From NCBI RefSeq assembly GCF_009914755.1, contig NC_060931.1: a stretch of 64,000 nt of DNA. One strand, written 5' to 3'. This DNA is from the human T2T-CHM13v2.0 reference genome, Homo sapiens. Below the pieces are notes generated by a model. The model ran no database searches. It was not told the origin of the DNA and was given only the letters and a program-made list of their open reading frames with translations. Below are positions 1 through 18,388 of the stretch, piece after piece (within the stretch, counting starts at the first letter, position 1; the number at the start of each line of letters is the position of its first letter). A program made the translations under genes and the position numbers.

Positions 1-112
1 GAGAAGGGGAGGGGAAGGAGAGGAGAAGGGGAGGGGAAGGAGAGGGGAAGGGGAGGGGAAGGGAAGGGGAAGGGGAGGGGAAGGGAAGGGGAAGGGAAGG
101 GGAAGGGAAGGG
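1..112 (+). repeat. Polypurine (GGGGA/GGGAA)n low-complexity tract
   Basis: Read directly. Confidence 0.9.
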
Positions 113-343
113 ACCCAGGCTAACAGACTCCAGATACCAGCAGCAGCCCTTGAGCCATGTTGCCTAATTGTCCCCAAGGAGAAAACTTCCCAGGTCTTCG
201 GAGGCAGCAAAAGCTTTCCTGGCACAGAGCTAGAAAAGAAGATTCTCATGGTGTCCCATGTGGCAGGAACTACAGGAGCTGGGGTGGGTAATCCATTTAG
301 GCCACTTGACAAACACCTATTTTTAGGTCAACTCTGAGAATAG

Positions 344-808
<465 letters not shown>

Positions 809-1150
809 TGAGCCACTGCGCCCAGCCATGCTGTGTGCTTTTTAGCATTTTCTTCAGTTTTTGTTGCAACCTATGAGTCAGGAACTCTTATTATGCTATT
901 TTACCTAGGAGGAAAAGAGCATTCACAGAGATTAAACAGTGTGTTCAGGCCGGGTGTGGTGGTAATCACATCCATGACCGTAATCCCAGCACTTTGGGAG
1001 GCCAAAGCGGGAGGATTGCTTGAGTCCAGGAATTCAAGACCAGCCTGGGCAACTTAGTAAAACCTCCATCTCTTTTGTAAAAAAATAAATAATAAAATAC
1101 TTTAGGAGGCCAAGGCAGGCAGATCACTTGAGGTCAGGAGTTCAAGATCA

Positions 1151-1408
<258 letters not shown>

Positions 1409-1412
1409 CTAA

Positions 1413-1988
<576 letters not shown>

Positions 1989-2791
1989 TAGTAGAGACGG
2001 GGTTTCACCGTGTTAGCCAGGATGGTCTCGATCTCCTGACCTTGTGATCTGCTCGCCTAGGCCTCCCAAAGTGCTGGGATTACAGGCGTGAGCTACAGCG
2101 CCCGGCCTTTTTTTTTTTTGAGACAGTCTCTGTCGCCCAGGCTGTAGTGTAGTGGTACAATCTCCACTCACTGCAACCTCCGCCACCTAGGTTCAAGTGA
2201 TCAAGTGATTTTCCTGCCTCAGCCTCCCAAGTAGCTGGGATTACAAGCATACACCACCACACCCAGCTAATTTTTGTATTTTTAGTAGAGGGGTTTTGCC
2301 ATATTGGCCAGTCTGGTCTTGAACTCCTGGCTTCAAAGTGATCCGCCAGCTTGGCCTCCCAAAGTGCTGAGATTACAGGCATGAGCCACCATACCTGGCC
2401 AGAGACCATGATCTTAACGAGCATATGGCCCTGCCCCAAAGAACTGTGGACATACAGATGAGAGGCAGGTACCCCACACTGCTGGGAAAAATCACAGAAA
2501 GCTTCCCGGAGGAGGTGATGACAGAGGTGAAATAAATATGGATCTGTCAGCCTGTACAAGGGTCAGAGGCCATGAGAGAGTATGGAAGAGGGAGAGAGAT
2601 CTTTCACTGGAGGGTAAAGTACTAGGCTGGGAATGGTGGCAGATGGGACCAGAGATATAAGCAAAGACCACACCACAGTGAGCCTTGAATGCCAAGTACA
2701 TCAGTTATGGGTCTTAGCTGCAAGCAACAGAATCCATTCTGGTCAGTCTACATAGCAAAGAAATGAATGAATGAATTTATTTATTTATTGA

Positions 2792-3084
<293 letters not shown>

Positions 3085-3086
3085 TA

Positions 3087-3329
<243 letters not shown>

Positions 3330-3716
3330 TCAACAGAATCCATTCTGGTCAGTTTACATAGCAGAGGAATTTATTTTTAAAACATCAAGTAAACTGGCCA
3401 AGTGTGATGGCTCCTACCAGTAATCCCAGCACTTTGGGAGTCTGAGGCGGGCAGATCACCTGAGGTCAGATCACCTGCGGTCAGGAGTTCAAGACCAGCC
3501 TAGCCAACATGGTGAAACCCTGTCTGTATTAAAAATATGGGAGGCTGAGGAGGGAGGATCACTTGAGCCCAGGAGATTGAGGCTGCAGTGAGCTATGATC
3601 ACACCACTACTCTCCAGCCTGAGTGACAGAGTGAGACTGTCTCAAAGAAAATTAATTTTTTTTTGTACACTATCACAGCCAAGAAGAGCCCAAGAAGACA
3701 TTACTACTAACTGTCA

Positions 3717-4098
<382 letters not shown>

Positions 4099-4809
4099 TT
4101 AAGGAGATCTAACTAAAGTATGGACTTAAGTTAATTACAATGTATTAATTTCAGTTCATTAACGGTAACAAATATACTATACCAGTGCAAGATGTTAATA
4201 AAAGGGGGAAATGGTACAGGATATATGCGAATCCTACTGTCTTAACAATTTTTCTGTAAATTTAAAACCATTGTAAGATGAAGAGTCTATTTTTAGAGTA
4301 CTGAGTAAATTGTATGGAACTAAACACACACGCACAATTACATGTAAAACTGGTAGAACCTGGATAAGTTCAGTGGATGGTATCAAAGGCAATTTCCTGG
4401 TTGTGAGATTGTACTACAGTTTTGCAAGCTGTTACCATTGGGGGAAATTGCATGAAGGGCACGAGGGCTCTCTGGGTATTAATGTCTTACAATTGCAAGT
4501 GAATCTACAATTATCTTAAGATAACAAGCCTAATTTTATTTATTTATTTTATAGAGACAGGCTTTCACTGTATTGGCCAAACTTGTCTCAAACTCCTGGC
4601 CTCGAGCGATCCTCCCACCTTGGCCTCCCAAAGTGCGGAGATTACAGACATGAGCTATATAGTACCCGGCCAAAAAGCTTAATTTTAAAACATTGAACAG
4701 AGAACAGGATCTTTTGGAAAGCTGAAGAAATAAAGTCTAGGCTTAAAGTTATAGGACCCTTACCCAGCACCATGGGGCAGAACTGTCCTGATAAGAAAAT
4801 GAAGCTGTG

Positions 4810-5097
4810 GGCCAGGCACAGTGGCTGATGCCTGTAATCCCAGCACTTTGGGAAGCTGAGGTGGGTGGATCACTTAAGGTCAGGAGTTCGAGACCAGCTT
4901 AGCCAACATGGTGAACCCCCATCTCCGCTATACAAAAATTAGCCGGGTGTGGTGGTGGGCGCCTGTAGTCCCAGCTACTTGGGAGTCTAAGGCATGAAAA
5001 TCACTTGAATCTAGGAGGCGGAGATTGCAGTGAGCTGAGATCACACCACTGAACTCCAGCCTGGGCAACAGAGCAAGACTCTGTCTCAAAAAAAAAG
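4810..5097 (+). mobile_element. Full-length Alu with 17-18 bp TSD; tail expanded into a GGAA microsatellite
   Basis: AAGAAAATGAAGCTGTGG at 4793-4810 and 5207-5224. Confidence 0.9.
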
Positions 5098-5136
5098 AGA
5101 GAGAGGGAGGGAGGGAAGGAGAGAGGGAGGGAGGGA

Positions 5137-5208
5137 GGAAGGAAGGAAGGAAGGAAGGAAGGAAGGAAGGAAGGAAGGAAGGAAGGAAGGAAGGAAAGAA
5201 GGAAGGAA
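5137..5208 (+). repeat. (GGAA)n microsatellite with 15 uninterrupted units
   Basis: GGAA x15 at 5137-5196, then AGAA GGAA GGAA. Confidence 0.95.
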
Positions 5209-5374
5209 GAAAATGAAGCTGTGGCAGCTTCCACAGCCACACCTTCTGCAGGACTTCACCTTTCTAAATGTCAAGTTGTATTTTCCCAAAATGGCTACAA
5301 AAGTAACTTCATCCAACATGCTCTTCTGCAAAGTAACTTTGTCCTCCTCCATCAAGAAGCAGGGTCTATGACCC

Positions 5375-5780
5375 TGTCTTAGTCTGTTTTTGTTGCTATA
5401 AAGGAATACCTGAGGCTGGGTGATTTATAAAGAAAAGAGGTGTATTTGGCTCGTGGTTCTGCAGGCTGTACAAGAAGCATGGTGCCAGCATCTGCTGCTA
5501 GTGAGGACCGCAGGAAGCTTCCTATCATAGTGGAAGATGAAGGGGGGCCGACAAGATCACGTGGTGAGCAACAGACATGCCAGGTTCTTTCAAAGATCCA
5601 GCTCTTTGAAAGAATGAGTGAATAGAGCAAGAATTCACTCATTACCACAGGGAGGGCACCAAGCCATTCATGAGGCATCTGCCCCCATGACCCAAACACC
5701 TCCCACTTGGCCTCATCTCCAATACTGGGGATCACATTTCAACACGAGATTTAGAGGGGACAAATATTCAGACTATATCA
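5375..5780 (-). mobile_element. MST-family (MSTB-like) ERVL-MaLR solo LTR, nested in an older MLT1-like LTR
   Basis: TG...CA ends; reverse complement begins TGATATAGTCTGAATATTTGTCCCCTCTAAATCTCGTGTTGAAATGTGATCCCCAG; near-perfect 5-bp TSD GACCC/GCCCC. Confidence 0.8.
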
Positions 5781-7224
5781 GCCCCCTCCCCTAACTCAAG
5801 CTGGGGTTGTACCTGTTTCAACCCAGAGAATACCATGCAGGTGACATCCCTATGATTTCTCTTTTTGTGTGTTGTTTTGAGATGGAGTCTTGCTCCGTTG
5901 CCCAGGCTGGAGTGCAGGGGCGCAACCTCGGCTCACTGCAACCTCTGCCTCCTGGGTTCAAGCAATTCTCATGCTTCAGCTCCCGAGTAGCTGAGACTGT
6001 AGACATGCACCACCACGCCTGGCTAATTTTTGTATTTTCAGTAGAGACAGAGTTTCACCATCTTGACCAGGCTGGTGTCAAACTCCTGGCCTCAAGTGAT
6101 CTGCCCACCTCAGCCTCGCAAAGTGCTGGGATTATAGGCACGCACCACCACACCCAGCTAATTTTTGTATTTTTAGTAGAGACGGAGTTTCACCATGTTG
6201 GCCAGGCTGGTGTCAAAATCCTGGTCTCAAATGATCCACCCACCTCAGCCTCTCAAAGTGGTGGGATTACAGGCTTGAGCCACCGCGTCCAGCAGCCACC
6301 GCACCCAGCTTGATTTCTGAGGTTAGGTCATAAAAGGCCATGTGGCTTCCAGCTGACTTTCTTGGCACATTTGCTCTCCAGACTCTCCCTGCGATATCCT
6401 CTCTGGGAATCCAGCTGCCAAGCTGTGAGAAGCCCTAGCCCCATGGAGAGAGGCACCCGTCAACCAGGCTTCAGACACAGAGTAAAGAAGCTTCCAGGCG
6501 ACCCCAGCCCCCAGGCATCCAAATCACCGCCAGCATTCAGGTCTTTCCAAGTAAAGGCCAGATACCACAGAGCAAAGACAAACTGTTCTCACAGGCCCTG
6601 TCTGAATTAGCAACCTATAGAATTTGTGAGTTCAGGCCAGGCATGGTGGCCCACACCTGTAATTCTAACACTTTGGGAGGCAGACGTGGGAGAATCACTT
6701 GAGATCAGGAGTTTGAGACCAGTCTGGGCAACATGATGAAACTCCATCTCTACCAAAAAATACAAATATTAGCCAGGTGTGGTGGTGTGTGCCTGTAGAC
6801 CCAGCTACTTGTGAGGCTGAGGTGGGAGGATCGTTTGAGGCTGCAGGGAACCGTGATGACGCCACTGCACTCCAGCCTGGGTAAGAGTGAGACCCTGTCT
6901 CAAAAAAAAAAAAGAATTCTCCCAGCACTTTGGGAGGCCGAGGCGGGAGGATCACCTGAGATCAGGACTTCCAGACCAGCCTGGCCAACATGGTGAAACC
7001 CCGTCTCTACTAAAAATACAAAAAAAAAATTAACTGGGCATTGTGGTGTGCACCTGTAATCCCAGCTACTCGGGAGGCTGAGGCATGAGAATTGCTTGAG
7101 GCAGAGGTTGCAGTGACTGAGATTGTGCTACGGCACTCCAGCCTGGGTGATGGAGTGAGGCTTCGTCTCAAAAAAAAAAAAAAAAAAGAAGAATTAATGA
7201 GTTAATATAATGTCATGTCCTATT

Positions 7225-7430
7225 TTCCTTCCTTCCTGCTTTTTCTTTCTTCTTTCTTTCTTTCTTTCCTCTTTCTTTCTTTCTTTCTTTTCTTTCTTTC
7301 TTTCTCTTTTTCTTTCTTTCTTTCTTTCTCTTTCTCTCTCTCTTTCATCTTTTCTTTCTTTCGTCTTTCTTTTCTTTCTTTGGCCTTTCATTTCTTTCTT
7401 TTGTCTTTCTTTTCTTTCATTCTTTCTTTT
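7225..7430 (+). repeat. (TTTC)n-like polypyrimidine tract (tail of an antisense Alu)
   Basis: Read directly. Confidence 0.9.
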
Positions 7431-7433
7431 TGA

Positions 7434-7583
<150 letters not shown>

Positions 7584-8005
7584 TAAAAAAATGTTTTAAG
7601 ACAGGATCTTGCTAGTCTCAAACTCCTGGTCTCAAGCAATCCTCCCATCTCAGCCTCCCAAGTTGTTGGGATTACAGGCATGAGCCACCGTGCTTAGAGG
7701 CATAAGCCACTGCACCGGGCTATTTTGTCATTTTTCTCCACTAAGTGTGAGCTATGTAGTATACAGTAATTGTTACCAGACAAATCCCTGCTGCCTTCTC
7801 TGAAATCCCATCCATGAACCTTGTGCTCACTTCTGAACCTGAGCCATACACAGTTCTGATGTGCCTGCATCTTAGCCACAGGGAGGCTGCAGAAGCTCAC
7901 CTTGTGAAGACAAGGCTTGTGACATGGGAAATCATCAAAATCTATGCCGGGCGGCCGCCATGCACAGAAGGCCACTAGGTCAGACCAAGTGTGGACTAAC
8001 GGTAG

Positions 8006-8343
<338 letters not shown>

Positions 8344-8579
8344 TGAACTCAAGTGATCCGCCTGCCTCGACCTCCCAAAGTGCTGCCAAAATATTAGCAT
8401 TTTGACCAGGCACAGTGGTTCACATCTGTAATCCCAGCACTTTGTGAGGCTGAGGCAGGCAGATCACCTGAGGTCAGGAGTTCGAGACAAGCCTGGTCAA
8501 CATGGTGAAACCCCGTCTCTACCAAAAATACAAAAATTAGCTGGGCATGATGACGCGCGCCTGTAGCTCCAGCTACTCA

Positions 8580-8771
<192 letters not shown>

Positions 8772-8871
8772 TCAGGGGTTCCAGACTAGCCTGGCCAACA
8801 CAGTGAAACCCTGTCTCTGCTGTAAAAAAAAATTAGCTGGGCGTGGTAGCGCATGCCTGTAATCTCAGCTA

Positions 8872-8979
<108 letters not shown>

Positions 8980-9562
8980 TCAGAAAAAAAAAAAAAAGTG
9001 TTTCAACATATAATCAATATTTTTAAATTATTAATAAAATACTTTGAAGTTTTTTCATAATAATCTTTGCAATCCAGGGTTCATTTTACACATGATAGCA
9101 CATCTCAGTTTGGATGCTTAATTTTCATTCACAATACTCGATCTGTATTTAGAGTTCATAGATTTACATAAGTAAATTGTTTCAAAGTCCTGTGACCAAT
9201 TTGTCTTCCTGGAGAATGTCCTGGTTTCAAAAATGAAAGTCTTACATCTTGAAATTCTCCTTGGTCCCAGGAAAATCAGGGCAGTTGGTCAACCTCTTCC
9301 AAACATACTTGGAGATTTTTCTTTTCTTTTTTTTTTTTTTCTTTGAGACATAGTCTCACTCACTCTGTCACCCAGGCTGGAGTGCAGTGGCGCCATCTTG
9401 GCTCACTGCAACCGCCATCTCTCAGGTTGAGGTGATTCTCCTGCCTCAGCCTCCCTAGTAGCTGGGATTACAGGCACATGCGACCATTCCCAGCTAATTT
9501 TTTTGTAATTTTAGTAGAGACGGGATCTCACCATATTGACCAGGTTAGTCTCGAACTCTTGA

Positions 9563-9991
<429 letters not shown>

Positions 9992-10006
9992 TGAGACAGA
10001 GTCTAG

Positions 10007-10153
<147 letters not shown>

Positions 10154-10159
10154 TAGTAG

Positions 10160-10288
<129 letters not shown>

Positions 10289-10551
10289 TAGGGTTTATTG
10301 AGGGGACTTACAGGGTAGTCCAGACATGGCAGGTGGAACAGGAGAACCACACCTGCTTATAAAAAGCATGCAGTTGGGCCCAGCACGGTGGCTCATGCCT
10401 GTAATCCCAGCACTCTGGGAGGCCAAGGCGGGTGGATCACAAGGTCAGGAGATCGAGATCATCCCGGCTAACACAGTGAAACCCCGTCTCTACTAAAAAT
10501 ACAAAAAATTAGCTGGGCGTGGTGGCGGGCACCTGTAGTCCCAGCTACTCA

Positions 10552-10680
<129 letters not shown>

Positions 10681-11141
10681 TTATAGAGCATTTCCACTTA
10701 GCACCCTCCCCCTAGCACCCTCCCTCTGGCAACCTTCATTTAACCCCAAACAAAGGCCACCATCCCCTAGATGGTCCAGGGGTTCAGATGTTCCTCATAG
10801 ATAAGAAATGAATCTCCGGGTTGGCCACTCCTGGATTCCTTAGCTTAGAACTTTCAACACATACTCTTCTTAGACCATGGGGTCATTTTCAAGGTATGCT
10901 GATGTTACTGTTGCCAGATGTGTTTGCCATGCATCATAGCTAACCACTAGGAAGTTCTATAAGTGAGGGAGGGCCTTAAGAACATACTCTGAGCTGGAAG
11001 TGTCAAGTTGGAGGCCCTTGACATTAGAAGCCAGAGACTGGGTACACCCACATAGTGAGAGAAGGTGAGGGCTGCGGGGATGTGTCAGCTATATCCATTG
11101 CTACCCAACAAACCATTCCAAGTCTTAATGACGAAAAATAA

Positions 11142-11655
<514 letters not shown>

Positions 11656-12740
11656 TAGCCAGGATGGTCTCAATCTCCTAACCTTGTGATTCACCTGCCT
11701 TGGCCTCCCAAAGTGCTGGGATTACAGGCGTGAGCCATTGTGCCCAGCCAACAGCTATTTTTTTATTCATCGTGTTTCTATTGGTTGGCTGGATAGTTCT
11801 GGTTTCACCTGGGCTCATGTGTGTGGCTGCACTCAGTTAGACAGTCAGATGCAAAGTCCAAGATGGTCTCGTTCACATCTTAGCATGCTCTAGTAGTTGG
11901 TGCTAGCTGTTGGCAGAGGCCTGACACAGCTGGAACACCTGGACCTCTTCATGTGATCTTTCTTGCAAGCTTCTTTACAGCGTGATGGTCTCAGGGCAGC
12001 ATTCTTTCCGAGAGGGCAAGTCCCAATGCACAGGACTTAGGGAGCAGATTTGCCAATACCCCATTGGCCAAAGCCGTGAAAATCACATAGCCAGACCTAG
12101 AGTCAATCAGTGAAAGACCAGAAAAGGGCAGTGCTAAGGAACCCAAAGAGGAGGGAATTCTACCAGGACGGTGCCCATCCAACACTTGTGTTACCTTGGG
12201 AGCCAGTACCTCCTTAAATTCAGGGCCCAAAGTGCCTCAACTTGCTTCACCCCAATTCCAGCCTGAATCCTCAGGACTTGGCAACTCAGAGGTCAATTTC
12301 CTTAACACCCCAACATGAATTTCGGAAGTTAGTTTCACAGAAATCTTAAGCACCAAATACAACTGAGCGAAAGCAATTCTGCAAGTCAAAAACAAGGTGG
12401 TCTAAATTTGCAAACTTTATGGCAGTCTGGCTTGATGAAATATAAAGCCCACAATGCTTTTAAACAGTTTTGGCCAGGCACAGTGGCTCACGCCTGTAAT
12501 CCCAGCATTTTGGGAGGCTGAGGCGGGCAGATCACCTGAGGCCAGGAGTTTGAGACCAGCCTTGCCAACATGGTAAAACCCCGTCTCTACTAAAAATACA
12601 AAAATTGGCTGGGCGTGGTGGCTCACACCTGTAATCCCAGCACTTTGAGAGGCCAAGGTGGGTGGATCACGAGGTCAAGAGATCAAGACCATCCTGGCCA
12701 ACATGGTGAAACCTTGCCTCTACTAAAAATACAAAAATCA

Positions 12741-13354
<614 letters not shown>

Positions 13355-13467
13355 TCACTCTGTTACTCAGGCTAGAGTCCAGTGGTACAATAATAGTTCA
13401 CAGCGGCCGGGCACAGTGGTTCACGCCTATAATCCCAGCACTTTGGGAGGCCGAGGCAGGTGGATCA

Positions 13468-13740
<273 letters not shown>

Positions 13741-14079
13741 TCACTGCAGCTCCGAACTCCTGGGCCCAAGGGATCCTCCCACCTCAGCCTCCTGAGTAAC
13801 TAGGACTACAGGTGCACGCCACCACATCTAGCTAGTTTCTTATATTTTTATTTTTGTAGAGATGAGCAGTCTTGCTATGTTGCCCAGGCTGGTCTCAAAC
13901 TCCCGGCCTCAAGAGATCCTCTTGCCTTGGCCTCCCAAAATGCTGAGATTACAGGCATCAGCCACTGTACCCAGCCTGTTTAATTATTTTTTTAAATAAT
14001 TGCCATGCCCTGCTAAATTGATTTCACCATCCACTACATGGGTCATACACAGTCTGCAGATTGAAAAATGCTACCTTAG

Positions 14080-14409
<330 letters not shown>

Positions 14410-14412
14410 TGA

Positions 14413-14866
<454 letters not shown>

Positions 14867-15303
14867 TAATCTGTCTGGCCCCTGAATGCATTTCTGTTTG
14901 GGATTTCTGGATCTCTAGATTCTAAAGGCATAGATAGGTGCATTGATGCATTCCACAAATATTGAATGAGTGTCTCTCATAGGCCAGTCACTATTGCTGA
15001 CAATGGGAACACAGCGGAGAACAGACAAAAATCACTGCCTTTGTGGAGTTGAGATTGTGTAGGGGAGAGACAGATAAGCTTTAAAAAAAAAATGCTGAGG
15101 CTGGAGGATCACTTGAGGCTGGGAGTTCGAGACTAGCCTGAACAACATAGTGAGACACCCCTCTCTACAAAAAGTAAAAAAAAAGGCCGGGTGTGGTGGC
15201 TCACGCCTGTAATCCCAGCAATTTGGGAGGCCGAGGCGGGCGGATCATGAGGTCAGGAGATCGAGACCATCCTGGCTAACACAGTGAAACCCTGTCTCTA
15301 TTA

Positions 15304-15579
<276 letters not shown>

Positions 15580-16961
15580 CTAGGCAACATTGCGAAAAAT
15601 ACAAATATTAGCCAGCCGTGGTGGCCAGCACCTGTAATCCCAGCTAGCTGGGAGGCCAAGGCACGAGAATCGCTGAACCAAGGGGGAGGAGGTTGCAGTA
15701 AGCCAAGATCGCGCCATGGCACTCTAGCCTGGGCGACAGAGCAAGACTCCATCTCGGGGGGGAAAAAAGAAAGTTAAAAAAAAAAAAAAATTAGCCAGGC
15801 ATAACTGTAGTCCCAACTGCTGGGGAAGCTGGGGTGGGAGGATCTTTTAAGCCCAGGAGTTCGAGGCTGTAGTGAGCTATGATTGCGCCCCTGCACTCCA
15901 TCCTGGCCAACAGAGCAAGACCCTGTCTCTAAAAAATAAATAAATAAAAGAAAAAGAGTAAAAGAAAATAAAGTGGGAGGGGGATATGCATGCTCTAAGA
16001 TCTATCTACCACAGATTACAGGCTTTTCACCCTTTTGTGGAAATGACAAAACCTAGTATGTTCCTACCTAACAGAGGAGGGCTGAGGGAAGGTGAGGGAG
16101 CACAACTGCAATTTTCCCCTGAAAAAGAGTTCTCAGCCTGCCCTGGCAGATAGATCTCACCCATCGCGTCCCCAGATTACTCTGCCAAAGGTGGAAGCAC
16201 CAATCACTTTAACCCAGAACATTTCAAAACCAGACAGCCATGAAGGAGGAACCTCTGTGGTCCGGGCGCGTGGGCCCTGGGGTTGGAAGTGCCTCAGACG
16301 CACTTTACATTTTCCCCGAATTCACCCTTCGCAGTCCCCATCACCCCCTCTCCAGTGGGATAAATGGCCACCTCATTAGCTCTGCACACATGACCCTCCC
16401 GACCTGACTCCTGGTGACTATGCCTGCCTTATCTCTTTTCTCTCCTCCCTCACATTTTCCGCTGCAACAAAGCCAAACACAGCACCGTGGGGGCTTTCAC
16501 GCTTCTGTGCCCTAGGACACGCTGTTCCTGCAGCTTGGAAGGCCTCTGTCCTCCATCCGCGCGCCCTCACTCTCTTGCTAGGAACTCCCATTCATCCTTC
16601 AAAACCCAGCCTGAGTGTCCCCTCCCCCGGGTCACCCCCTTTGACCTGTCAATCCCCTCCCTCCGGGTCCCCAGCAAGCTTTTCGGTTTGGCTTCTCCGC
16701 ACTCTCATGACCGATTGCCCTACATCTTGGCGCTCCCAGACTCGGGCCTTCTCCAGCACCGGAGTCGTCTGGTTTGCTCGCTTTACACTCCAAGCACCTA
16801 GTACCGAGCCTGACTGGGTGCCAGAGGGCGCGCCTAGGCTCAGGCTGGCTCCACCCGCCCCGTGCCTCCCCTCGGCCTTCCCCTTAGTCCTGAGGGTGCC
16901 CGCGCTCCTGCATTTCCCGTGCACCGGGCTGCCGGTAGCTCCGGCCGCCCAGCCCCCGCGG

Positions 16962-16994
16962 CAGCAACAGCAGCAACAGCAGCAGCAGCAGCAG
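16962..16994 (+). repeat. Interrupted CAG repeat (CAG)(CAA)(CAG)2(CAA)(CAG)6
   Basis: Read directly; 11 triplets just upstream of the ZNF143/NRF1 motifs. Confidence 0.95.
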
Positions 16995-17017
16995 CACCGG
17001 GGGAGCCCCCCCCAGGC

Positions 17018-17039
17018 GGACTACAAGTCCCGGCAGGCC
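17018..17039 (+). promoter_or_regulatory. ZNF143/THAP11 (GFY-Staf, SBS2-type) motif
   Basis: GGACTACAAGTCCCGGCAGGCC matches the ACTACAnnTCCC(A/G)G..GC consensus. Confidence 0.75.
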
Positions 17040-17050
17040 GCGCGCGGGCC

Positions 17051-17061
17051 GCGCATGCGCA
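17051..17061. promoter_or_regulatory. NRF1 binding site
   Basis: Palindromic GCGCATGCGCA inside the CpG island, 11 bp downstream of the ZNF143 motif. Confidence 0.75.
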
Positions 17062-17391
17062 GCGGGGACCGGCGTTTGAGTGGCAAGTTGTTTGTTACAG
17101 CGAACACCAGCTGCTCCCCCCGCGCCGGGCGCCGCGCGCCGCTGCTCCGCCGCTCGGCCCCTCGGCTGCTGCTCCGCCGGCGCTGCCTCCCTCGCCCCGC
17201 GGCTCCCCCTTGCAACTTGGCGGGCCTCCTCCCTTTTGTCCGGCCCGGCCCGGCCGCCGCCGCCCCCCGCGCCCGGCGCCGAGCTCCCGGGTCTCCGGGC
17301 CGGCTGTCGGTGCCGGCAGGGCGCGGAGGGGGCGGGGGCCGCGGCTCGTCCCCCCGCGGATGAGCCGCCGCGGACGGGGCGCGGGCGGACG

Positions 17392-17504
17392 ATGGAACTC
17401 CACATCCTGGAGCACCGGCTGCAAGTTGCCAGCGTCGCCAAGGAGAGTATCCCGCTGTTCACCTACGGCCTGATCAAACTTGCCTTCCTGTCCTCCAAGA
17501 CCAG
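17392..17504 (+). pseudogene. CASTOR2/GATSL-derived first coding exon (N-terminus of the CASTOR ACT-domain mTORC1 regulator family)
   Basis: Strong-Kozak ATG (ACGATGG); translates MELHILEHRLQVASVAKESIPLFTYGLIKLAFLSSKTR; 113 nt ending at a CAG|GTAAGC donor (phase 2). No downstream CASTOR exons found. Confidence 0.9.
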
Positions 17505-18255
17505 GTAAGCGCGCGGGGACGCGGCGCCGGCCGGGGACAGACAAAGGGGGCGCACCCCGGGCCGCTGTCCTCGCCGCCGCGCCTCGGAAAACAACTTCGG
17601 GCCCCGGGAGCGCCCCCGCCCCGCCCCCGCCGCCGCTTCGCTCGCGTCTGACAAAGCCGGAGCCGCAGGGTCCTGGCTCCCGGACCCCTCGCAACCTTCC
17701 ACCCCCCGGTGCGCCACCCCCCACCTCTGTCGTCCCCCCATCTCCCACCCCCTCCCCCATCGCAGCCCCCTCCCCGAAATCCGGGGGGCTGGGGCGGCTG
17801 CAGTGACGGATCCGTGAATGGATGAAGGAACGAACGAATGAATGAATGAAAAACAGGTGTGGGGACGAGGCCGTGGAAAAAACAAACGCCCCCATCCCCC
17901 CATCCCTCGGTTGGGCCGGCCCCGTCGCCACGGCGGGGGGAGGGATTCCGCTGAGCGCGGTTACCCAGAGCAGAAAATCATAAAATCATTAGTGGGTGTT
18001 TATCTCAAGGTGCCTACGAGGCTTGCTGCGGACGGCCTGGAATTGCGGGGGGGAAACGGGGGGTGGGCGAGGGCCAGGGAGGGGCTGCAGAGGACGTGAT
18101 TCTTTCTCCTTGGGGTCCTGGAAAGGGGGTGGGGGGGTGTTTTGCCCAACCGTAGAAGGGGAGGAGCAGGCATGTTTATGCATCTGCCTTGAGGCTGGGC
18201 TTGGATGCTGCAGGGGGAAAAATAGTTGAAGGCCTTGGAAGGTAAAAGAGGGAAT

Positions 18256-18388
<133 letters not shown>

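Larger units (their letters stand above)
16820..18080. promoter_or_regulatory. CpG island promoter (CASTOR2/GATSL-type)
   Basis: Very high GC and CpG density with GC boxes, flanked by CpG-depleted Alu-rich DNA; surrounds the first exon. Confidence 0.92.

Noticed and set aside
17094-17105. Possible RFX X-box (GTTACAGCGAAC)
   Set aside because: Too weak a match to the consensus to call.
16575-17931. Long overlapping ORFs across the CpG island, including a polyQ ORF (16575..17363) and a GTG-started extension (17080..17508)
   Set aside because: Stop-poor GC-rich DNA; non-ATG starts, low complexity, and no recognisable domain apart from the CASTOR exon.
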